Positions 54,116 to 64,000 of a stretch of 64,000 nt of DNA are shown piece by piece (position 1 is the first letter of the stretch; every line of letters starts with the position of its first letter). Below the pieces are notes generated by a model. That model saw only the letters and a program-made list of their open reading frames with translations. It searched no databases and was not told where the DNA came from. This DNA is from Octopus vulgaris (taxonomy: Eukaryota). Where the stretch lies: positions 62,186,001-62,250,000 of the forward strand of contig OX597820.1 of NCBI GenBank assembly GCA_951406725.2. Reading direction: 5' to 3'. The translations under genes and the position numbers were made by a program.

Positions 54116-54314
54116 TAAAGTAGCGATTTGTTTGCTTTATTAATTATACTTGTGTATAACGAAATTATGAACAGCATTTTAATAAAAACACTGAAGCATT
54201 AAAATAATTTCCTAAACCCTAAAATAATATTTTCAAAGCTTTCAATCTGACAGTAACAAAAGCAAGAGAGCCTCACCTCACTTCCTGCAGTCTTAAAAAA
54301 TAAATGAACAACAT

Positions 54315-54442
54315 ATTCTACTCGGGGCACAAAGCCCGCAATTTTGGGGTATGGGGCCAGTCGATTAGATCGACCCCAGTATGCAAATAGTACTTGATAT
54401 ATCGACCTCGAAAGGATGAAAGGCAAAGTCGACCTCGGCGGG
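54315..54442 (-). mobile_element. SINE family 2 3' fragment
   Basis: AGTCGATTAGATCGACCCCAG...GGATGAAAGGCAAAGTCGACCTCGGCGG. Confidence 0.8.
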
Positions 54443-54486
54443 AAGGAAGAACATATTGACAGCAATGAAATGTCGGATATGTAAAA

Positions 54487-54692
54487 TAATGGCTGTCAGA
54501 TAAATTTGTTCGTATTTTATCTACTTGACACTCCTTCGTCATACGTCAGAAAAGAAATAAGATTTATTCAAATTTCAAAAACGATAAACAAAGCCCTCTG
54601 GTACAAACATCCTTTCATAAAAATTCAAATAAAATTAGCAGGCATTGAAATAAAGATGAGGAAAACGAACAAATTTATCTGACAACAGAACA
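54487..54692. mobile_element. MITE-like element with perfect 20-bp inverted repeats
   Basis: TGTCAGATAAATTTGTTCGT (54494-54513) and ACGAACAAATTTATCTGACA (54665-54684). Confidence 0.65.
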
Positions 54693-55227
54693 GTTGCGAT
54701 GGTCATAATTAGACTGTCTTTGATCGTATGTCTCTCCGACCATGGCTACATCGGCGATAAATAACAAAAACGATGACGATGGCAACAACAACTAAAACAA
54801 GACAACTGAAAACTCATTGAGGATTCCATAGACAAATCCATTAAAACTGAACACGATATTGTGAGGAACAAGGGGAAGTTCCAAAACTTTGTGAGAGGGC
54901 GATTTAATTTCCATTCTTACAATCAATCCTTCTGTGCTCTTTTGAGAGTTCCATAAATCGGAAAATATGGGCAGCATATTTAATATCAAGCAAGTTTTCT
55001 CGAAATTTCTTATGACAAATAATCTTCGGGAGAGTCATAAAATTGAATTTATCACTTTTGTACATTAACTCATGCAATCCGTTCGACTTGGTTACTTAAC
55101 TGGAAAGAGCGAGCATAAATAAATGTACTGGTACATCTAGAAACAGGAATTTCCTTTAACGACTTTCAACTCTCTAACTTACTCGGCAATTTTCTATCAG
55201 ACTATCTATTTTATCTCTCTGTCTCTC

Positions 55228-55285
<58 letters not shown>

Positions 55286-55298
55286 TATACACATATAT

Positions 55299-55365
<67 letters not shown>

Positions 55366-55375
55366 CATGCATATA

Positions 55376-55424
<49 letters not shown>

Positions 55425-55425
55425 G

Positions 55426-55482
<57 letters not shown>

Positions 55483-55708
55483 ATATGTGTGTGTGTATAG
55501 ATATACATACACATATGTGTATATACATGTAAGTACATATGTTTACATACGGACATTAAAAGCATACGTACATGCAAGAACGTGTGTATGTGTGGTGTGT
55601 AATTGTCTGTGTGCGTATTTGTGGCTTGTGTATGTGTATCTCTGAGTGTGCGTGTTTATGTGTGTACGTTTGTGCCTTATTTGTATGTGAATGTGTGCCT
55701 TTTATGTG

Positions 55709-55755
<47 letters not shown>

Positions 55756-56086
55756 TGTGTGTGTTTAAGCGTGTGCATGTGTGTTTATGTTTGTGTGTGT
55801 TTCTGCAATCGCTTCTCGCTTGTATTGAGAATTTCCTTACCCCAGAAGACATTTATTGAAGATTAGAATGTGGCTGGAACATGTTTGGTCCACGTTAACA
55901 TCATAAATCAGCCAATGAAGGAGGGTGGTGGAATGTCGGTAAACAGAAATAGTAGGTGAGTAACACCGAAAGAGGGCGACAGCTTGTTTGAGTCGGAAGC
56001 CACCTAGATAGGCAGATAGTTGGATAGCATAGAATAGCATGGCAAGGCATAGATATATAGGCAAATTGATAGAAAGACAGATAGGT

Positions 56087-56119
<33 letters not shown>

Positions 56120-56299
56120 TAACGGAGAGAAAGAGGGAGAAAGAGAAAGAGAGGGAGAGAGTTTATCAACACATACTGTTATCAGTTTGTGTCTAGTACT
56201 ATGTGAGTGTTTGTACTTGTGTGCCAATGCGTTCGTATACGCGCGTGTATGAGGTTGGAGAAGAGTGGAAGGGAAAAGACTGATAGATAAGTAGATAGA

Positions 56300-56345
<46 letters not shown>

Positions 56346-56351
56346 AATAGA

Positions 56352-56397
<46 letters not shown>

Positions 56398-56500
56398 AAG
56401 AGAGAGAGAGTGAGAAATAAATAGAAAGATTTGGTTTTCGATGAAAAGGAAAGAAAGAATGAATAACAGAGCAATTAAGTTACCAAAGGATGAGTAAATA

Positions 56501-56552
<52 letters not shown>

Positions 56553-57239
56553 GAGGAGGAGAATAGAGAAAGACGAAAAGGAGAGTGTGAATATGCAGAA
56601 AGAAGAAGAATATAAAGAGAGTGAAATGAAGAGATGAATAATGAAGTCGTAAAGTGAGGTGGGAAAACAACAGATATTGAGAATTTGAAAAATCAAGAAA
56701 CATACAGACAGAAACTGAGAGAGGAATAGTTAGAGAGATAGAGAGAGAGAGAGAGAATGAGAGAGAGAGAGAATGAGAGAGAGAGAGAATGAGAGAGGAA
56801 GAGAAAAACGAGGGTGAAAACGAAAGAGTGGAATTCATTGGTAAACCGAAAGATGTCATTTAGTTTACAATTTATATCGTTTGGGGAGTGATAAAGGAAG
56901 AGACAAAGATACAATGAGACGAAGATATAAAGTGATAAAGTAGGAGAGAGCTAGAGACGTGGCGAGAAAATTAAAGGCGGAGAGGCTGAGAGATTTTGGG
57001 CATATAGATTGACATTAATGGATATATGAAACTACATTTGGGATATTCATAATATCATTAAAAGTTCTCGATGTGTCAATGACAATTAATTAATCTCTCT
57101 ACAACATTCAACATGGCTGGCCAATGCCGTTCTCAGGTGGAATCGCCCATCGCTTTTACTCTCGAATTCCGAGCTCATTCAGGAAGACAATACAGCCGCT
57201 GAGAAAGCACTGAAATATGATGTTGGCGTTTGTCTGTCA

Positions 57240-57930
57240 ATGGCGGTAGTGATGTTTGTGGTATTGGTTGTGGTTGTGGTGGTGGTGGTGGTGAACGGGT
57301 GGGAAAAAGTGATCACGGTAGTTATGTTCCTGGTTAATAGCGGCGGTTATATTGTTAATGATAGGGAGCATAGTTATTAGTGAATATGGAAGTCGTGGCC
57401 GTGATGGTGGTGGTGGTGGTGGTGGTCATTGTGTGGGATGGTAGTGGTTGTGGTGATGGTAGAGGGAGTGGTGGAGAGGCCAGTGGTCGAGAGAGATGAG
57501 AGAGTAGGGGAAAGGTTAAAGTAGTAATGGTGAGGTTTATTTTGTTAATGATAGCAAGTACAGTTATTGGTGTTTATACAAATGGTTGTGATTGTTTGTT
57601 GGTGGTAGTGGTTGTGATGGTGCTGGTGTTGCGGTGATGGCGATGTTAATGATTACTGGGAGGAAGCATGGCAGTGGTGTTAATGAAGGATTTATTGGTT
57701 TCTATAATGGACAATAGCGGCGACAGGGGTGATGGGGGTTTAGTGGTTATCGCATTAGCGGTTGTTATTAACGTTTATGGTGATTGGGGTTGAGTTGTTT
57801 GCATATGTGAAGGATCTGTAGATGGTGGTGTTAGTGTTAGTTTTGGTAGCGGTTACTAGGTGGCGGGGCAGAGGATTCTACTAATTGGTTATTGATGATG
57901 ATGATGTTGTTGTTGATGATGATGATGATA

Positions 57931-57980
<50 letters not shown>

Positions 57981-58000
57981 GATGATGATAATGATGTTGT
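57240..58000. repeat. Degenerate (GGT)n/(GAT)n low-complexity region
   Basis: Direct reading. Confidence 0.85.
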
Positions 58001-58014
58001 TCATGGTAATTAAT

Positions 58015-58445
58015 CTTTTGTCTTTTAATTGTATCAGTCATTAGACTGAAGCTTTGTTTGGGAGAACGGCCTTGAAGAGATTTTTAGTCGAACGAATCGA
58101 CCCCCAGTGATTATTTTTTGCTAAGTCCGGTACTTATTATATCGAGATCTTTTGCCGAACCGCTAAGTTACAAGAACGTATAACACTCCAGCACCGGTTG
58201 TCAAGAGATAGCGGGGGACAAACACAAACGCAAAGATACACACACACACACCACACAAATACAAACACACACAAAAACACACACACGTATATATGACGGA
58301 CTTCTTCCAGTTTCTGTCTACCAAATCCACGCACAAGACTTTGGTCGGCCTGAGGTTGTAGTAGAAGACACTTACCCAAGGTGCCAGGCAGTGGGACCGA
58401 ACCTAGAAGCACGCGGTTGGGAAGCATTCTTCTTACCACTCAGTC
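58015..58445 (-). mobile_element. SINE family 1, near full length
   Basis: Reverse complement of the 1666-2070 layout. Confidence 0.85.
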
Positions 58446-58620
58446 TATGATGATTCTTATTAAAAAACAAAGATAACAAATTCTAAGGATATCTCCATGA
58501 TGTCGACGACAACGACGACGATTCGATGATAATGATGATGAATAACATTATCGTTGAATTCATCATCATTATCCTTATCAAGATAACTACACTTAGTTTG
58601 TTCAGTGTTGATGATACTTT

Positions 58621-59005
58621 TAGGCGCAGGAATGGCTGTGTGGTAAGTAGCCAGGCACAGGAGTGGCTATGTGGAAAGTAGCTAGACGCAGAAGTGGCTG
58701 TGTATTAAGTAGCTAGGCGAAGGAGTGGCTGTGTGGTAAGTAGATAGGCAAAAAGTGGCTGTGTGGAAAGTAGCTAGGCGCAGGAATTCTTGTGTGGTAA
58801 GTAGATAGGCGCAGGAGTAGCTGGGCGCAGGAGCGGCTATGTGGAAAGTAGCTGGATGCAGAAGTGGCTGTGTATTAAGTAGATAGGCGCAGGAGTGGCT
58901 GTGTGGTAAGTATATAGGCAAAAAGTGGCTGTGTGGAAAGTAGCTAAGCACAGGAATGGCTGTGTGGAAAGTAGCTAGGCACAGAAGTGGCTGTGTGGTA
59001 AGTAG
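58621..59005 (+). repeat. Tandem array of the 31-bp SINE family 1 head (12 full units plus 1 partial)
   Basis: Consensus TAGGCGCAGGAGTGGCTGTGTGGTAAGTAGC repeated head-to-tail with no spacers. Confidence 0.92.
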
Positions 59006-59876
59006 TTCGAAGACGCTTTGGAGGAGATCCTAGGTTACGATGAAAACCAGTTGAGATCAACCTGTTCAGGAGAGTTTTCGGGTCGGGATATCTGGAAAAT
59101 TACAGAAATCCCTGGCTTGGCAGTGCTTCCGTGCGGCGTTACCTGTTCCTGATAAACAGTCAAGGTACGGAAGTGCCGTCTCACCGACATGTCCGAAGTG
59201 CGGACAGGACAGGAAAACCGTCTTGCACGAATTTGTGGTATGTCCGGAATTGCCGGGACTGAGAGTTTTCACAGAACAACTGTTGTCATCAAGGGGAAGA
59301 GTACAGCTATCAGCTGAGTCTATTATCGAGATTGTACCGCCTCCTTCCCTTAACGGGAAAGGGAAGGCTTGCATTTTCTGCGTTGTAGCCATACTGAGAG
59401 AAACAGTATCGAAGACGCGTGTGAGAGGCATAGTGAAGGGTACCTTTCTATCCGGCCAGGGGTTGGTTAACTTTTTTAGTGATCACCTCAGGCTGGAGAA
59501 AAGGCATCTGTCACGAGATAGATTCATGAAAAGATGAAAGCCTGTGACAAGGAAGCTGGGAGCAATTGGCACCAGGTAAGTGGAATCCAAGAAAAGAAAG
59601 AGAAAGAGAAAGCAAGGGTTCTACCCTTGTGGTCGGATGCCTTTCCTTCATGGAAGTCATTGCAAATCGCAATGAGTAACATGTTATCATGTAATTGGTA
59701 ATTAGTACTTTGTAATTTGTAAATTGTAATTTGTAAATTGCAATTTGTGAATTGTAATTTGTAAATTGTAATTTGTAATTTTAAATTGTATCATAAATTT
59801 ATCATCATACATTTTTAAACGTCTGTCTTTGTTTTTCCCCTCTTTGTAATGTCTTCATGGCAAATAATATGAAATG
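59006..59876 (+). mobile_element. 5'-truncated L1/Tx1-like LINE 3' end (zf-RVT-like Cys/His domain plus 3'UTR)
   Basis: SLAWQCFRAALPVPDK...PTCPKCGQDRKTVLHEFVVCP (CxxC..H..C). AATAA/ATGAAATGAA tail. Putative TSD AAGTAG at 59000-59005 and 59877-59882. Confidence 0.75.
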
Positions 59877-60495
<619 letters not shown>

Positions 60496-61088
60496 ATGGT
60501 AGTGGTACAATAGTTGTATAGGCGGGGATTCTCTGGTGTCTGGAGTCGGTGGCGATAATATAGAGGAAGACGATAAAGATATGAACGTGTATATATATTT
60601 GTTTGACAGTGTGTCTATAAGGATTTGCCTCAGTAATGCTAATATGGAAGCCAGTTTCTAACCCCACTCTGTATATTTCTTAGATGTAGCCTTATAAAAA
60701 TAAATATTTTTATACCTGCACGCACACTCACATCCATCCATCCATACATATATATATATCATACAAATTTTTTCTTTTATTAACTTGCCCGTATTGACCG
60801 AACTTTCCTATTAATATATACGCTTGTATTTATTCTCCTCTGTTTCCTTCGCTTTCACTCTCAACTCCTATTCAACACCCTCTCATTCTCAGTTTCCTTT
60901 TATCCCCCTTTTAAATATAACTCACACTTGGCTCAGTACAATTTCATAATTCCAAAAATAACGCTCAAATTATTATTATAATCCTAAAATTTTTCCGTTT
61001 TCTGAAAGTTTTATTATGTCCAACATCCATAGTGATTTCTTTGTAGCCGTTCGTACTTGTATTCCTGTGTAATAAGTTAATTCTGTAT

Positions 61089-61570
61089 ATCTGTTATATA
61101 AAATCCGTTTTGTCTGTCTGTGTGTGTGTCTTCTAGGATCTCGGGCATCCTCCATCCAATTGCGCTCAAATTTGATATGTAGATACCGACGGTATCAGGG
61201 CGTGTATAAGTCTTGAAAAAAATTACAAATATCGATTCCAGGTGAGAATGCGATAGATGAAGCCGTTTTGTCCTGCTTTTCTTCCATCAACCTGTACATA
61301 AATGCACCTTCCATTTTTGTTGTTTTTTTGTACTGCTTAAAGGCACGTTTCTTTCCTGACAAGCATACTGTTTAAACAATATTTGTGTTCTCCCAGTCAA
61401 CAGCCTTATCATTACTGGTATTTAAACTCTTCGGTTGCATATTTGTGTGAATAAAATCGTTTTTCTTTGGAATAGAAAAAAATTTATTTCTTCTATTGCT
61501 GGTGTCTCATATTTAGGTTAAATCAGTGTTTCTCAAAGGGTAGGCCTATGGGACGGCCGGACAAGTTGTT
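61089..61570 (+). mobile_element. Helitron/DINE-like non-autonomous element
   Basis: A|TC..TATATAAAA start and a GTCTGTCTGTGTG microsatellite near the 5' end, as in the other Helitron-like copies. A GC hairpin GGCCTATGGGACGGCC lies near the end; the CTAG terminus is not clear. Confidence 0.45.
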
Positions 61571-61997
61571 TTGAGAAAATTTGGTTTAAATGTTTGACAA
61601 CTCAGCACCGTCCATTGGAGGGGTCGTTCTATATATTTATATACGCCAATTTGTAAACATATGCACTCACACAAAGTTTATCATCCAACACGTATAGGCA
61701 ACACATATATGTGTACATATAGAAACTACGTACTATGATCATGTATAATGCTATCAAACTGTTATTGCTACAAAAATTAGTTTATAACAACAGGTATAAA
61801 GATATTCTTATATTATTTGGTCACTGTTATCATTACTTTTCGAAAGACTCACTCGCAAACGGATCAGAAGAAGCGGTTATCTACGCATGCGTTTGTATGC
61901 GTGCTTGTGTACTTGTCTATTTATGTATCTGCGTGACTGTGTGTGTATCTTTGTGTGTCGGTGTGTATGTCTGTGTATCTGTGTATATATATATATT

Positions 61998-62041
<44 letters not shown>

Positions 62042-62137
62042 CACATGTTTGAAGGTGAACGCGTGTGTCTATATAAATATAAATAGGTTACATCTTGTAA
62101 GACTTCCTTTTTCGGTTAACATGTTTTTTTGATGAGC

Positions 62138-62223
62138 TTCTTCTGAAGAAATTGGTGCACTGTTGACCATTATTTATCCAGCCGGACATTTTGGAATGCA
62201 CCCGTCGAAACGTATGTTGAGGA
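62138..62223 (+). ncRNA. Type I hammerhead-like motif with a long stem II
   Basis: TTCTT-CTGAAGA-AATT-GGTGCA-(loop)-TGCACC-CGTC-GAA-AC-GTAT-GT-T^-GAGGA. Stem I pairs with wobbles and the base of stem II is mismatched. Confidence 0.5.
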
Positions 62224-62402
62224 CTTCATGATATAAATGGATTAAGAACATCTCGAGCGTTCGTCTGCTTCCTATATTTTAATACACACACATACACATA
62301 CACACACATACGCAACACAAACGCACAGACACACTCGTACATACACACGTACGCTCACACATACATAGTGTTTTGTTGGTGCTGAAAATTGACACGAAAC
62401 TT

Positions 62403-64000
62403 CATCATCATCATTGTTCGACCGTGGTCGAGACAATGGAATTTACTATGTTACACCAGACTTCACGGTCCATCATAGCATTACGGAGGTCCTGTTGCTG
62501 GATGTCTGTATCCCTGGAGATTACATCAGGGTAGGAGAGTGTGCGCCCTCTGGTATCGCGAGCAGATGGCTTTCAGAGGAGTAGTGTAGAAATTACCTCG
62601 TTTTCAGCTGTACAACAATGTCCAGCAAACTGGACTCTTCTACCTTTCACAAGAGATGATACAGGTGTTAATTTCCCATATTTGTACTTTGGTTGGATGA
62701 CGATTCCACGAGAGATTTTGAGCTCTCATAAGGAGACGAGTGTAAGTTCCATCCAACCGCCTCTCAAGCTTCTTTGATAATGTCCAGGTTTCTGAGCTAT
62801 ATTGTAGAATTGGTTCGAATGTGGCTTTGAAGATTTTAAGTTTGAAATCTCTACTTAGATTTGATGACGAGGTCATATGCATATCATTAAAGGCTGAGCA
62901 TGCCATGCCCTTTCTAGTGAGAAAATCTTTTTCAGATGATGATATGTAAGACCTAAGATAGTTGTAATCAGAGACCATATTTATGAGCGTATTGTTGAGA
63001 GTATGGATGATAAAATCACTGTTGGACAGGCACTTGTTTACATATTCAGTCTTGGACTTATTGAGGTAAAGACCTACACAATTTGAGGCTTTTTCAAGAG
63101 ATTGTAAAAGAGACTAGGCATTGGAGAGAGAATCACTGATAAGAGCGATGTCGTCAGCAAAGTCATTGTCTGTTAAGTGTTCAGCTGGGTGTCTGGAATT
63201 TCTTCTAGGTTTTATTTCAAAGCCCTTACCAGAAATGGTATCAACTGACATACATAGCACATAGTCAACGACAATGATGAAGAGAAATGGGGCGAGTGTG
63301 TCTCCCTGCAGTATTCCGGCTTTTATTGAGAAAGATAATGTTTCTCCATCAGGGGTTAAGATGGTTAAAGACGTATCTGTGTACAGGACCTTGATGGCAG
63401 AGACGGTTTTGTCTGGAATCCCATAGAGCATAAGGATTTAAAAAATCTTGTACTTATCTACAGAGTCGAACGCTTTAGAAAAGTCTACAAACACCATTGC
63501 AAGATCACGATTAAATGCTTTTGATTCTTCAATGAGTCTGCGTAGGCATAGTATTTGGCTCAACGTTGAGCGCCCATGTCTGAATCCATTTTGGTTCTTT
63601 CGGAGCAAAGGTTCAACAAAAGGGACGAGACGATTCAAAATCAGTTTGTTGTACAATTTTGCAGCAATTCACATTAGAGATATACCCCTGTAGTTAGTGA
63701 CGAGGGATAAATCGTCTTTTGGGGTTATTGGGATGATTTGAGATTGGTGCCAAATCTTTGGAGCTATAAAAGTGGAAAGTGTGTGATTACAAAGATTGAG
63801 CAAAAGTACGTGAAATTTATCATCCTTCCAAATTATAGCTGGGATGATGTCGGGACCAAATGCTTTCGAGGCTTTCAGTTGTTTAGTGGCTGTTGTTAGT
63901 TCAAATATGGTAAAAGAGGAGGTGTTGACGTCCAGCGTATCTGATATAGGCACACTTGGAAGGGATTTTGGCATTCTTTCCAAGAAGATTTTTAAAATGA
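62403..64000 (-). mobile_element. RTE-clade LINE (RT), frameshifted, continues beyond the window
   Basis: KAFGPDIIPA, NYRGISLM, NQNGFRHGRST, FVDFSKAFDS, GILQGDTLAPFLF, DFADDIAL, YSSETWTL. The (ATG)n tail is at 62403. Confidence 0.93.

Noticed and set aside
58621-59005. CRISPR-like array of about 31-bp repeats
   Set aside because: There are no unique spacers and no cas genes, the context is eukaryotic, and the unit is the SINE head.

Overview
AT-rich, microsatellite-saturated eukaryotic DNA with no host protein-coding exon that I can recognise, so it is probably intronic or intergenic. The SINE families and repeat landscape point to an octopus/coleoid cephalopod genome (inference). Most ORFs in the track are translations of (TA)n, (CA)n, (GA)n or (CTA)n repeats. 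The real content is a layered set of decayed mobile elements. These are two RTE-clade LINEs (26.8-28.9 kb and 62.4-64 kb), two Penelope-like element (PLE) relics (2.4-3.0 kb and 16.1-17.9 kb), R4/Dong and L1/Tx1 fragments, Tc1/mariner relics (one DD37D, and one DD40/41D nested in a mariner), a hAT right end, non-autonomous Helitrons and many tRNA-derived SINEs. The most notable signal is a dispersed set of about 10 hammerhead-ribozyme (HHR)-like motifs (CUGANGA...GAAA...NUH, type I topology). They sit in short non-coding modules, many next to (TA)n/(CA)n tracts. Two of them (11689-11747 and 18736-18791) show compensatory base changes in stems II and III. There are also fold-back elements built from two HHR 3' halves. 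Together these suggest a family of PLE-mobilised, ribozyme-bearing non-autonomous elements. All family assignments come from motif reading by eye; no database search or folding program was run, and element boundaries are approximate.
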